A stretch of 63,246 nt of DNA, the filler included, from Octopus bimaculoides (lineage: Eukaryota): NCBI RefSeq assembly GCF_001194135.2. It is 5 parts of 5 records of this genome, joined end to end, with 100 filler letters (N's around TTAATTAATTAA, not from the genome) between each part and the next. Parts side by side here need not be neighbours in the genome. Positions count along the whole stretch, not along the records: positions 1 to 28,623 come from NC_068986.1; 4 more parts are not named here. One strand, given 5' to 3'. The notes beneath the pieces were generated by a model, which had not been told where the DNA came from, ran no database searches, and saw nothing but the letters and a program-made list of their open reading frames with translations. Below, in pieces: positions 1 to 12,375 of the stretch; the stretch's first letter is position 1; the number at the start of each line of letters is the position of its first letter. A program made the translations under genes and the position numbers.

Positions 1-584
1 TGTTAGAGGTAGAGGAAAGGTATTATATTAGAGAGAGGAAGAAGAAGTAAGAGTGTAAAATGTAACCAAGTTAATCTATGACTTTGTATGTATCACTTTC
101 TCTCTCTCTCCCTCTCCCTCTTTTACTCTTACTCCCTATAACAACGCCGGTACAGGAAGAAGGGAAGGAATATAAATGTTGCTAGAAACGACAGCCAAAT
201 CTCCCTTGAATCACACAAAGTAAACGGAATTTTAAAAATCTAATTACTGCACTGGAAAGTTCAGATCGAGAAAATTCCATTGATGTAAACATTTTTACGA
301 AAAAGTGGAAAATGTGGATTTCTATAAACTTTCAAAAAGGCTTCACACAAACACACAATTTCAGATTTATATATTAAGATTAATGTATGTAGTTCTGTTT
401 CCTTTTATATCTGTCTCTTTCGACATTTTTGCTCCTACTCCTCTCCTACTCTTTATTTATCTGTGCATCAGCGTATACATGTGATACATGTAATAAGTAC
501 CCTTACATTGGCACAAAGTCACGCATGTAAGGAAGTAGTATTTATGCATGCAATATATATGTTTCTGTACATGTGTTAGATATG

Positions 585-667
585 TTTCTTTATTAGCCAC
601 ACAGGGCTCAACATAGAAGGGACAAAATACAAATGTAGAGTTTTTCTTTTCGAGGGGGGGCGAAAAC

Positions 668-668
<1 letters not shown>
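585..668 (-). mobile_element. Tx1-clade LINE 3' terminus, heavily 5'-truncated
   Basis: Near-identical to 27561-27650 (TTTATTAGCyACACAGGGCTCAAC..GGGACAAAwTACAA.TGTAGAG). It has AATAAA on the minus strand and resembles the ending of the Tx1 copy at 52040-52080. (GATA)n at 670-723 abuts the truncation point. Confidence 0.65.
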
Positions 669-723
<55 letters not shown>

Positions 724-949
724 GTAATTAACTGATCTTAATGCGTTACTTAATGCGGTGAGATTAGAAACCGTGAACCCAGAAAGTGGGAGTCAAGAAG
801 AAAAACCGGATGTTACATTAGCACAATTTTGTAATGATTTTTTTTTTTTTCATGAAAGGGCGAATGTTGTGTTCATGCTAAGAGCAAAACCGAAATGAAA
901 AAGACGGTTCCAATGAACTATGAGTGTAGTGTTAAAATGATCATCTTTT

Positions 950-1420
950 TATTTGAGTAAGATCCAGGTATCAGTACATAGTAGAGATTTTGTTGATTCA
1001 ATTCTTTTCTGAGAGGGCAATAATCGATGACCTGATTTTATGCGTATAAGCCTAACTGGGTCGATGTGGTCAGTTGTCATTCGAATGATTTAATCACTTT
1101 CAAAGCACCCTTGGGACTTTCCAATAAAACAATTATGGACCTTCACTTTCTTTTGAAGTCAATGAAGCACTGCGCACAACATCCCATTTCATCTTCCCTG
1201 AAATAAATGTTTTAATCGACTACTGTGACTTCAAAATCTCCCTTAACATCTAACAGTTCTAACAGTCTCTATCATCGAAGAATTCAATTTTTTCTACATT
1301 TCAAGAGTTAGTCATCCAAGCTTACTAACATGCCTGTAAGTTGTTGATTAAAACGGCAAATTATAGGTACGTGAAGTAGGTGAACTGAAAAAAAATCTTA
1401 ATCTGGAATCGACCCTGTGA
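950..1420 (-). mobile_element. Possible old Tc1/mariner 5' fragment
   Basis: The minus strand starts CACAGGGTCGATTCCAG near 1420, which resembles a Tc1-type TIR. Degenerate reading ..YRIKSGHRLLPSQKRIE.. near 960-1050. Confidence 0.25.
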
Positions 1421-1779
1421 TATAAAGTAGGTCCAGATTCGAACCGATTCACCGGAGTTTACAAGTAAATCCCTACACAATATTTAACTCCGTCTACAAA
1501 TGACTAAATTTAAACAACAAATGAGTTTGATGGAACAGTATGGAATCTCTTGGCTCAAGAGCTGTGGGTTCACATTTAATCACTGGGCGGTATAAGGCGG
1601 TTTTCGACAAGTCACTGAACAAACCTCTCACCAGTTTAATCGACAATAAAGCAGTTTATGAAACAGATTACATGACTATATTCTGGATTATCGTACAAAG
1701 TAGAAAATAATGTACTGTTTGGTAAAGGTGAATATTATTCAAGATAGAACCATATCTAATGTAAAGACATTCAGTGTCT

Positions 1780-1910
1780 TTTCGGCTGCATTCTCTGGCA
1801 TTACCAACTGAAACTACAGATATTATCCAACCATTTCATTCTTGGTCTACCCTTAGGACTCCTACCGGTTGGCTCAGCTTGAAGAGTCTGTCTTGCGATT
1901 CTTTCTCATG
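1780..1910 (-). mobile_element. RTE-clade LINE ORF C-terminal fragment
   Basis: 1903-1820 reads RIARQTLQAEPTGRSPKGRPRMKWLDNI, matching the RTE C-terminal G.RP.GRP..RW.D.I motif. Confidence 0.75.
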
Positions 1911-2592
1911 AAATACTAATCACATGTGATTAGTACCGGAGCTATGAATTCTCAATGCAGAAAAGTCTTTAACAATATATCATACTGAGTTTAGATGATC
2001 AGCAAACTATCAAGAGAACTAAGAATGTAGGATTAAGGATATATTTGAAGAAATAACTGCATATAAAACAACAAATAACCAGAGATCGAGGAAAACAGTG
2101 ATGGTCTACGTCCGCAAAAATTACATGTGAAATTCGGAAAGTTTAGGTAACATCATATGCTGAACTGAGAATGTTGAGATTTCGAGTAAAACTCTTCGTT
2201 GTCGAAGAGACTGCTTTCTCTCTCTCTTTAAGTGTTTTGTTGGAAATATCACTATTTTTGTCTTCGCATGACATACGAACTTGCGAATTTTATTATCGAA
2301 GTATGTTTCCCTACTTTCCATTTTATTACTCTGACCCTCACACCCCCTCCACCACTACAACGGATTCTAAGAATAAATAAATGAATCAATCAATGAATGA
2401 ATGAACGAGACTGGTTTGTGCTTGTCTCCTTTGAACAGACGGTTTGTGTCACGGATGAAAATAATTTATAAAAAAAAAAATATATAAAATGAACGAATGA
2501 AATAAAATAAAATAAATACTGCTATGATTAAACAATATTTCACAATATCTGTTAAACGTATGCTGGCACGTTCAGACGTTCAGACTCAAATT

Positions 2593-2651
<59 letters not shown>

Positions 2652-3384
2652 AGTCTCTGCAGATGTGTGTGCGTCTATCGTTTCGACAGACGTCTCATGC
2701 AACCGTCCAGATAATGCCTTGCAGCAAACAGCGAGCAGCGATCAACGAGCAACGACGAGCAACGACCAGCGAACGTCAAAATCAAAAATAACTGCAACCC
2801 CGATTTAGAGAAAACAGCTTAAGATATAATATTTTCTGTTTCCGTAGAAGTTCTAATTAGTAATTTAGTGATTTATCGAGAGTTAACTGATGTAACAGAG
2901 TTACAGAACTTGTGAAGAAAAGCGAGGGAGTGGAGAGAGAAAAGGGGAAGAGAAGAGAGGTGGAGCTGAGACGGAAAAAGGGAAGAGAGGAAAGGACAGG
3001 ATAACGAGATTGATGAAAATTATGAGGATGAAAGAGTAAAAGAGAGAGAAATGAGACAATTGAGCGTCGTTTTACAACTGCTGCTTGGATTTTTAAAATG
3101 AAGGGGGGAAAAATGGAAAAGAGACAATAACATAAGATAATCAGTGCATTAAGTAGACTGTAGTGGTGATTTGGCTGTTTGTTTTTTGGTTGTTGTTGTT
3201 GTTGTTAGTGCTGTTGTTGTTTTTGTTGTTATTAGTTTGTTGTATTTTTTTGCTTTTGTTTTTGTTTTTTGGTTTTTTGTGCGGGTTGTTATTTTAGGGG
3301 ATGCTTTCACGGATTACATCTGTCGTCGTTTGTATTGAAACTGTGTATAAATAAATATTTAAATGAAGGGCGGCAGGAAGGCAG

Positions 3385-6300
3385 GAAGGAAGGAGTAAAA
3401 TGATTGAATGAGTGAATGAATGAAGACGTGAATAAGTGAATGAGTGAACATATAGATAAATAAATAAATAAATAAATTTATTTTTGAATAACAGTGAGTG
3501 AATAAATGAAATAGTAAATTATAAAATGAAAGAGCGAACGAAGAAAGGAAGAAAAAATAATTGAAGGAGTGAATAAACAAATCAATAAATAAATAAAATA
3601 CTTAATGAAGAGATGAAGGAATGAATGAGTGAATAAATAAAAAATAATATAATGAAAAAACGGAGGAACAAAGGGAAAAAAATCAAAGCGAATGAATGAA
3701 TAGTAAATGAATCGGTGAGTGAATGAATAAATAAATAATTACATAAAAAAATTATTGAACGAAGTAATGAATGAATAAGTAAACGAGTGAATAAGTGAAT
3801 ACGTGAATAGGTGAATAAATAAGTATAAAAAGAATGAGGGAATGATCAAGTAAATGATTGAATAAGTGAATGATTGAATGAAATAATGAATGAATGACAG
3901 AATAAATAACTGAATGAAAGAATGAATGAATAAGAAAGGAAAGGGTAAATAAGTGAATAAATGAATGAAAGAAGGAAGGAATAAGTAAACAAATAACAGG
4001 AGAAAGAAATAAAAGAAGGAATGAGCAAATGAATCAATAAGTGAATAAATGAGTTTGGTGACTAAGTGAATAAATGAGTTTGGTGACTAAGTGAATAAAT
4101 ATTTCGATGAATGAAATAACAAATTATGAAAGAAATAATTGAATGGGTGAATGGGTTAATGAATGAGTTAAGAAATATATAACGAAATGAAGGAATGATA
4201 GAAAGAGTAAAAGAATGAAAGTAAATAATTTAAAGAAAGCCTGAATAAATAAGTAACTGGCTGAATGAGTGAATTGAAGAATGATTAACTTCATAAATAA
4301 ATAATTCAAAGAAAGGAGAAAGGAAGAAGTAAATGATTAAATGGGTGAATGAATGAAAAATTAAATAAATGAAAAATTAAATAAATGAAAGAAAAGACGA
4401 AGGAATGAGTAAGTAGTTAAATGACTGAGTGACAAGATGACTGAATGAATAAATAATTGTATGAATGAATGAATGAATTAATTAATTAATTAATATAAAA
4501 TCTGCATAAATGAATGAAAGAACGAAGAAATACATAAAGGATTAACTAAGGGGGTAGGTAAAGAAATATATGCGAGCTAAAGTCAAAAATTATCCACACT
4601 TTTGCCATAACATATCTTTATTATTGTCACACTGCCTTCTGCGCATGCGTGCTTATAGTTGGTACTATTGTGGTCACGTGATTTTTTTTTTTAGCCTGAT
4701 TGCGCCATTTTTCTTTCTGGCTTTACAGTGTAAGCATGGCTGCTCCACTGGTAATGTAAACCAAAGAAGAACAAAGAGCAGTGATCTGATTTCTCTGGTC
4801 GGAAAATGTGTCAGGTGCTTTTAGCACAAATGGTTAAAAGTTTCNNNNNNNNNNNNNNNNNNNNNNNNNNNNNNNNNNNNNNNNNNNNNNNNNNNNNNNN
4901 NNNNNNNNNNNNNNNNNNNNNNNNNNNNNNNNNNNNNNNNNNNNNNNNNNNNNNNNNNNNNNNNNNNNNNNNNNNNNNNNNNNNNNNNNNNNNNNNNNNN
5001 NNNNNNNNNNNNNNNNNNNNNNNNNNNNNNNNNNNNNNNNNNNNNNNNNNNNNNNNNNNNNNNNNNNNNNNNNNNNNNNNNNNNNNNNNNNNNNNNNNNN
5101 NNNNNNNNNNNNCATTGTTGTAGCGATCAAGTAAACGTTGGCAGACCACAAGACGCTTGCGCTTGTACTCTGCAGTAAGCTCTCTTAGCATCCAAATAGC
5201 ACAGACTTTAAGGAAGCCGGGCTCATCATGGATGATTTGATAGGCAGCACCTTGACTAATCTGCAGAGAACGAGCTACCTCATCGATGATAACTCGCTGG
5301 TTCACCATTACCATCTCTCGAGCTTGCTGAATCTTCTCATCAGTGTTGGAGGTTGACGAGCATTCTGCTCCCTCTTAGTGCAGCACGCTTGTCCGGCCAC
5401 TTTTAAACTTCTCGCTCCACTCATACACACTTCTACGCGGTAGTGCACTGTCCCTGTATTGTGCTAAAAGCCTCCGATGAATTTCAGCACCTGACACACC
5501 TTCTGACCAAAGAAATCAGATTACTGTTCTTTGTTCTTCTTTGGTGCACATTGGTAGTGGAGTGGCCATGCTTACACTGTAAAGCCAGAAAAAAAAAGTG
5601 GCACGATCAGGCTAAAAAAAATCACATGACTACAATAGTACCAAACTATAAGCACGCATGTGCAGAAGGCAGTGTGAAAATAATAAAGATATGTTATGGC
5701 GACAATTTTTGACTTTCTCTCGTATAATACAATGAATGAAAAAAGAGAAGAAAAGGGGAAGAAGTGACTAAATCACTGAATAAATTAATAAATAAGTGAA
5801 TGAATAAAGGACGGAAGGAAGGATGGAAAGAATGAGTAAAAAATTGACAGAATGTAGAGAAGAAAGAAGAAAATAAATGATTACATGAGGAATGAGTAAT
5901 TGACTGAATGACTGGATGAATAAATAACTATTGAATAAATGAATTAAAATAGGAAAGAATGAGTAAATAATTCACTAGATAAGTGAGTGAATGAATAAAT
6001 AAATAACTGCAGGCAAGAATAAGTAAATTTTTAATGAATGAATAAATTGATAAATAATCAAATAAATGAGCTAAAGGGGAAATAGGGAAAGAATAAATAC
6101 TAAAAATCTGTGAATGAATAAATGTATGAATAATTTAATAAATAATTGAATGAAGGAAAACACTTGAGAATGAATGAGTGAATGAGTAAAGAAATGAAAA
6201 AGAAACTTACCTGAATGAATGAATAAATAAATTATTAAATAGGTGAATGAGTGAAGAAATGCATATTACAATGAGTGAAACAGGGGAGAAAGGCAGAAAG

Positions 6301-7200
6301 AAAGAAATAGATGATTGGGTGAATGAGCGGGCAAATAGATAATTGAATGCAGAACAGAAGAAAGGCATGAAGGAAAGGCAGAAGGAATGAAAAAAAAAGA
6401 AGAAAATACTGAAGGAAAGAATGAGTAAGTGGTTGATTGAATGGCTGGATAAAGAAACAGTGCAATGGTTGATTGAATGAATAAATGGTTAAATGCGTGC
6501 GTGAATGAATGAATGAATGAATGAATGAATGAATGAATGAATGAATGAACAGTTGAAAGAAAAAGAGGAGGAGGAAATTAGGAAATGACTGAATGAACGA
6601 ATGAATAAATAAATAAATTATCAAAGGAATATGTAACGGAGAAAGAAGGAATTTGAAAAATGATTGAATAAGTAAATAACTGAATGAAAAATAAATAAAT
6701 AAACAAATGACAGAATGAATGAATTAATACTTCAAGTAGTGGAAGATGGAAGGAGTGAGTAAACAATTGAATGAGAGATTGAATAAATGAATAACTGAAT
6801 TAATGAAGGACATGAAAAAAATTAGTGAACAATGAAATTAGTGAATGAGTTAGTGTATCGATAATTAATTGTGAGAAGCAAAGCCTAAGTAAATGATGGA
6901 GGAATTAAACGAGTAAATAAGTAAATGAGTATTTAAATAAAGGAATAGAGCAGAAATGAGTGAATGAATGAATAAAAAGCAAAAATTTGAGTGAAAGAAA
7001 TAATGTGTAAGTAAATGAGTGAATGAGTTAATAGATAAGTAAATAATAGAATGAGAGAAGGAGAAAATAAAAGAAATAAGTAACTGTTTAAATAAATTAA
7101 TGATTAAATTGATTAATAAGGAAATAAATAACTGAATAACGGGAAGAAGAAATTAGAGAAGGAATAAGTAAATAATTGACTGAATGAGTGAATGAAAATA
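3385..7200. repeat. Degenerate (GAAT)n/(AAAT)n purine-rich tract interrupted by a mariner element
   Basis: TGAA/TAAA/GGAA units throughout 3385-4560 and 5730-7200, with a pure (GAAT)n run at about 6503-6548. Confidence 0.9.
4571..5724 (-). mobile_element. Mariner-derived fold-back element with transposase N-terminus
   Basis: TA flanks at 4569-70 and 5725-26. Long inverted arms at 4571-~4844 and ~5445-5724. The minus strand reads MATPLPMCTKEEQRTVI*FLWSEGVSGAEIHRRLLAQY..SVYEWSEKFKSGRTS..MVMVNQRVIIDEVARSLQIS..GFLKVCAIWM (mariner HTH region). Contains an internal gap. Confidence 0.9.
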
Positions 7201-7210
7201 TATATAAATA

Positions 7211-7415
7211 GGGGTAGGTGTGACTGTGTGGTAAGAAGTTTACTTCCTAACCACATGGTTTCGGTTTCAGTCCCGTTTTCAGGGCACCCTGGGCAAGTGT
7301 CTTCTGCTATAGCCTCGAGCCGACCAAAGCCTTGTGAGTGGATTTAGTAGACAGAAATTGAAAGAATCCCGTCGTATATGTATACATGTATGTATATATA
7401 TATGTCTGTGTGCGC

Positions 7416-7512
<97 letters not shown>

Positions 7513-7700
7513 TTTGTTTCTATGTTTGTCCCCCACAACAGCTTGACAACCGGTGTTGGTGTGTTTACGTCCCCGTAAGTTAGCGGTTCGACAAAAGAGA
7601 CGATAGAAAAAGTACCAGGCTTTAAATATGAGTACCGGGTCGATTCGTTCGGCTATAATTCTTTAAGGCGGTGCTCCAGCATGATCACAGTCTGATGACT
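7211..7700 (+). mobile_element. tRNA-derived SINE (family A) with internal (TG)n
   Basis: Head GTGACTGTGTGGTAAGAAG..GGTTTCAGTCCC, then GGGCAAGTGTCTTC..TATAGCCTCG..CCGACCAAAGCCTTGTGAGTGGATTT..GACrGAAAyTGAAAGAA. Same family as 63061-63221. Confidence 0.85.
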
Positions 7701-7719
7701 GATTAGTTTGCAGAAAGCA

Positions 7720-8395
7720 GACGGGGCGTGAAAACAGTTCGGAAGCTTGCTATGTAATAAAGTTTTGTGTTAGACTGGGCTAAACGCATTAGAAACTTAT
7801 TAAACGCTCCAGACAGCTTATGGATTAATTTGTATGAGCCGGGCATCTGTATTTCGTAGGTACAAGAGGCCAGGCAATGCAAGTCCGCCGGGAAGTCATG
7901 ATGATCCCCTTTTTCGACAGCAAACGCATCATCTATATCCAATGGGTTCCCCCTGGCCAGACGGTCGATAAAGAGTACTTTTGGGGGTTTTGAGGGAGTT
8001 CAGGAAGAGAATTCGTCGCAAAAGGCCAGAGCATCTTGCACCAGGACAATGCAGCAGTCCACAGTTCCACCCTGGTAACCAACTACTTAACAGAGATGGC
8101 AATCAAAACAGTCTCACACTCTTCCTGCAGTCCAGACTTTGCTTCCTGTGACTTTTGATTGATCCCCAAGCTGAAGAAGAACCTCAGGGGCAGTCGTTTT
8201 GACGACATTGAAAAGATGAAGGAGATTGTAACAAGGGACACCTGGACACCTTCACTTTAGAGGGGGGTTATGGGGCCTTCACGAAGTGCGATGAAGTCAG
8301 AGGATTCAACTTTGAAGATTAGAGTTTTATACTTTTTTTGAAATTAATGAATGGCTCTCGTGAAAAAGTCTCAGAAGCTCTGGAATGCACTTCGG
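7720..8395 (+). mobile_element. Internally deleted mariner transposase pseudogene
   Basis: N-terminal YVIKFCVRLG..TLQTAYG fused to KSAGKVMMIPFFDSKRIIYIQWVPPGQTVDKEYF..RIRRKRP..HQDNAAVHSS..SPDFASCDF*LIPKLKKNLRGSRFDDIE (DD34D catalytic motifs, frameshifted). Confidence 0.85.
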
Positions 8396-8514
8396 AGAGT
8401 TTCCTTTTCTAGCTCAGTTCGCTAGATGCTCTCTGATTAGCTTCGTAGAAATTCTATCCTTGGCTTGTAGACGTTCCCTCTTAAGCTCACTAGAGGCTCC
8501 ATCCTTGCCTCCTC

Positions 8515-9104
8515 CTACTACTACAACTACTACTACTGCTACTACTACTACTACTGTTACTACTACTACTACTGCTGCTGCTGCTACCGCTGCTGCTGCT
8601 GCTATGGCGGCGGCGGCTGTTGTTACTGTTACAAATTGTTGCTGCTGCTGCTGCGGTGGCGACGGCGGTGGCTGTTATTGTTACTGTTACACATTGTTTT
8701 TGTTCTTCCTCTTATTTGTATTCCATTTTATTATTTTAATTTAACGCTAATTTTGAAATTTCTTGCAACCAGGTGACGCGTTTAAAAAAAAAATCACGGG
8801 TGGTGTCATTGAATGTTTTACCCGTTCCTTTTTGTTGTATAGTGACGTTGATAATGGTGATGATGATAGAGATTGGGTCAATGTGGTGATGGTGTTGTAG
8901 TTGTCATGTTACATGTGATGCTGACAGGGGAAGTAATCATGGTGAGACTGGTCGTGGTGGGCGTCGTCGTCGTCGTCGTCGTCGTCGTCCTCGTGTGATG
9001 ATGAAGTTACTAGAATGATCGTAATTATGCAAATAGAGATGGTAATTTTGATGGTGGTGATGGTGCGAAGGTTATATTAATGGTTGAAGATAGTGATAAT
9101 GCTG

Positions 9105-9150
<46 letters not shown>
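8515..9150. repeat. Mixed trinucleotide microsatellites (CTA, CTG, GTC, GCA, GTA)
   Basis: Directly visible; these explain ORFs 8385-8744 and 9077-9403. Confidence 0.9.
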
Positions 9151-9155
<5 letters not shown>

Positions 9156-9804
9156 TAGTTTCTGTGGTGACTGTGACGATGAGATGATAATAGCAACGGT
9201 ATTAATGGTGGTATTGGAGGCGCTGAGGTCTGAGAGGAGATACCGTGTTTGTTGATGTTGCTGATGAGGATGGTGGGGGTGGTTGTTGTTTTTGGTGGGA
9301 GTTTTCTGTGTGTGTACTTTGGGTTTCGTTTCGATGTGTCTGATTGATAAGAAGTAAACGAAAGTAGTGCCATATTAGCAGTTAGACACAACATACTTAC
9401 CAAAATGGCTAGGAACGTCTTAGAGGCAATATCTTATGGTTCCATGATATGCGCCGAGATTAACTAAAATAGTAACGTAACGTAACTATTAACTAAGTTT
9501 GAGGTATTCAGTTTTTGTATGAATGTTGTTGTTATTATCATTATCATCACCATTACTTTTGTTGTTGTTGTTGTTGTTGTTGTCGTCGTCGTCGTCGTCG
9601 TCGTTGTTGCGGTATTTGTCCTGACTCTTTACATTCTCGGTTCAAATTCTGTCGAGGTCAACTTCATCTTTCATCTATCCGGAGTTCATATGAAGCATGG
9701 GGGTCGGTAGCATCGGCTAACCCAACCATTCCACCCCTAAAAAATTGCTAACCTTTTGCCTGAATAAGAAAGTTTTGTTTTGTTTTTTTTTTTAATGGCC
9801 AGTT

Positions 9805-9930
9805 AAGTGAATCGTTACTGCGCCGGACAAAATTGCTAAGCGGCATTTCTTCCGTCTTTATGCTTTGAGTTCAAATTCCACCGAGGTTCGATTTGCTTTT
9901 CATCCTTTCGGGGTCGATAATTAAATACCA
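9805..9930 (+). mobile_element. SINE family B fragment
   Basis: GAGTTCAAATTCCACCGAGGTTCGATTTGCTTTTCATCCTTTCGGGGTCGATAA core, shared with more than 12 other copies in the window. Confidence 0.8.
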
Positions 9931-9968
9931 NNNNNNNNNNNNNNNNNNNNNNNNNNNNNNNNNNNNNN

Positions 9969-10039
<71 letters not shown>

Positions 10040-10041
<2 letters not shown>

Positions 10042-10370
10042 GCTCATGTTTGGTCTTATTCCTGGTAGAATTTATGTGGGTAGCGGGTTACTTCCTGTAA
10101 CATTAGGTATCCACACGTTTTCGGCAGTATTTTAAGTGCTTCGAACCCTCCTGGTAATCCTTGCTGTCCCTAAGAGGCAAACTTTCTGTAGGACCTCTAT
10201 CGAGCATTTTATTTCAGTCTCCTCCAGTTGTCTATATATTTGGCTTCCTGTTCCCAATGCACCAATTATTATGTGCACGACCTTTACTATTTGCATGGTC
10301 CAAATTCTTCCTATTTCAAATTTTAAGGGATTGTATTTTCTTTGTTTTTTTTCCTCTCTCTCTTAACGAT
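10040..10370 (-). mobile_element. R4/Dong-type LINE 3' end (RLE C-terminus)
   Basis: Minus strand KYNPLKFEIGRIWTMQIVKVVHIIIGALGTG..LQKVCLLGTARITRRV. The 3' end runs into (TAA)n at 9969-10039. Confidence 0.8.
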
Positions 10371-10422
10371 CCTGGAATCAAACGGAGATGATGAGTCGAT
10401 AAGTTTATTATTACTATTGTTA

Positions 10423-10483
<61 letters not shown>

Positions 10484-10485
<2 letters not shown>

Positions 10486-11103
10486 GAAAACTCACAGTTT
10501 ATTTTGCTGGGTATGATGGACAGTGTCAGCTGTCCATAACCAGCAGACTAAGGTGACACTTGTTTACCGGTCATGCTTCAAGAACCCTGCGAAGAATTCT
10601 TGCAGTTTCAAGAAATACTGATTTTTGTAAGTGTACTACCTTCACACTTGCATCGATCTTTTTCAGCCATGTTGGTAGTTGAGTGCTGATACTTCTAAGT
10701 GCACCAATTACTATTGATATCACATCTACACTCTTTATTGACCACAACTTTCGTATTTCCCACTTTAAATCGTCATAGTTGTTTATTGTTTCTAATTTCA
10801 CATTTATTCTGTTGTCACCGGGGCATGTTATGCTGATAATCATACATGTTCTTTCTTTTTTATTCACCTGAACAATGTCCGGTTTCCTATGTCTGGTCAG
10901 ATGATCGCACTGGATCATTACATCCTACAGGATTTCGCAGTTCTCATTTTCGGTGACTCCTTCTGGCGTTTGTTCATACCACATCTTTGCTCTTTGTAGG
11001 CCATGATTTCCACAAAGCTCAAGATGGATCATTCTTGCCACATTGTCATGGCGTCGTTTGTATTCGCGTTGTGCCAATTTTGGGCATTCGCAAACGATGT
11101 GTC

Positions 11104-11104
<1 letters not shown>
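10484..11104 (-). mobile_element. R4/Dong-type LINE, 5'-truncated (CCHC region + RLE)
   Basis: HIVCECPKLAQREYKRRHDNVARMIH..WYEQTPEGVTENENCEIL, then RKPDIVQVNKKERTCMIISITCPGD..IVIGAL..LQKSVFLETARILRRVL. (TAA)n on both flanks (about 10420-10483 and 11105-11131). Confidence 0.9.
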
Positions 11105-11129
<25 letters not shown>

Positions 11130-11134
<5 letters not shown>

Positions 11135-11345
11135 CAGCGCGCGTACGCGAAAGCAGGATATTGTAATCACTCGTCTTAGTCTGCTTGATTGTGTGTTTGC
11201 AAAAATTACTGGAAAACAGCTGAACGGGTTTTCACCACATTTGGCAGAAATACTCATTGGTGAGTGGCTCGAAATGATGAACATTTGGTTTGATTATGTT
11301 TTATTTTTTAAATAAATAAACAATTTTTTTTAAATCGAACATATT
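11130..11345 (+). mobile_element. Possible Helentron-associated (HINE-like) non-autonomous element
   Basis: Starts TTACCC, then a GC stem CGCGTACGCG, then ..GCAAAAATTACTGGAAAACAGCTGAACGG.TTTTCACC..ATTTGG, a layout recalled from HINE/DINE-type elements. Confidence 0.35.
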
Positions 11346-11346
11346 T

Positions 11347-11495
11347 CTCGATAAGCAAGTGGTCATATTTTGTTCACTTTCTTTTTCATATGAATTGACC
11401 CTCGTCTGCATGCGTATAGATCATGGTGTACCTATGCGCGTAGACACGTGTGCGTACATGCATACATACGTACATACATACATATACGACTTTGT

Positions 11496-11540
<45 letters not shown>

Positions 11541-11975
11541 TGTGTGTGTGTGTGTATACAATGATCGATTCGAGGGTTTCGTTTATTTACGACTTAATTT
11601 CTTAATTTCACCGGAGTATAATACATATAATGGTGATACTTAAAAAAAATCAAACTTACAAATTTCCCGATGAGCAAGTGGTTATATAATTTTGTTCACT
11701 TTCTTTTTCATATGAATCGTCCCTAGTCTGCGTGTTTATAGATCATGGTGTACCTATGCACATAAACACGTATGCGAACATACATACATACATACATACA
11801 TACATACATACATACATACATACATACATACATGTATATGTGACTCTGTGTATGTATGTGCGCGTGCGTGTGTGTGTACACTGATGGATTCGGGGATTTC
11901 ATTTATTAATGTGTTGGTTTCTTAATTTCTCCGGAGTATGAATACCTATAATGATGATACTTAGAAAAAAAATTA
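11347..11975. repeat. About 320-bp tandem duplication (2 diverged copies)
   Basis: CGATrAGCAAGTGG..TTTTGTTCACTTTCTTTTTCATATGAAT..ATAGATCATGGTGTACCTATGC..TTTCTTAATTTC.CCGGAGTAT..GATACTTA at 11347-11666 and again at 11667-11975. Confidence 0.9.
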
Positions 11976-12105
11976 ATTTAATTCAAAAGCAAGGGTAAGC
12001 AGCGCATTGCAAGCCACACTACAATTTGTGAAAAAATGTATCTGCGCGCAGAGTATGCATCGTCTCTCCGATGCTTATTATTATTATTATTATTATTATT
12101 ATCAT

Positions 12106-12144
<39 letters not shown>

Positions 12145-12145
12145 A

Positions 12146-12375
12146 AGCATCTTGAATGTTGCCAGGCGCTCACTGCATTGTACCAGCTGCCCAAAACCAT
12201 TAACGGAAAAACATATCAAATTTTTATAGAGGCCTAGGTGAAGGTATGAGTGATGAAGGCCTAGGATTGAATCTAAGCATCGACGAGAACAATCTGAGTA
12301 GTCTCTTCCAGAGGACTTTAGCGCCGAAGATCATAGATAATTTCCAAAAGTCAACACATTTGATGGAAGTGGCCT
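12146..12375 (+). mobile_element. Tx1-clade ORF2 internal fragment
   Basis: HLECCQALTALYQLPKTINGKTYQIFYRGLGEGMSDEGLGLNLSIDENNLSSLFQRTLAPKIIDNFQKS, homologous to 50320-50520. Confidence 0.8.

Noticed and set aside
2196-2220. TTCGTTGTCGAAGAGACTGC resembles miR-981
   Set aside because: Similarity fades after 11 nt, there is no complementary 5' arm, and it only forms a local 7-bp hairpin.
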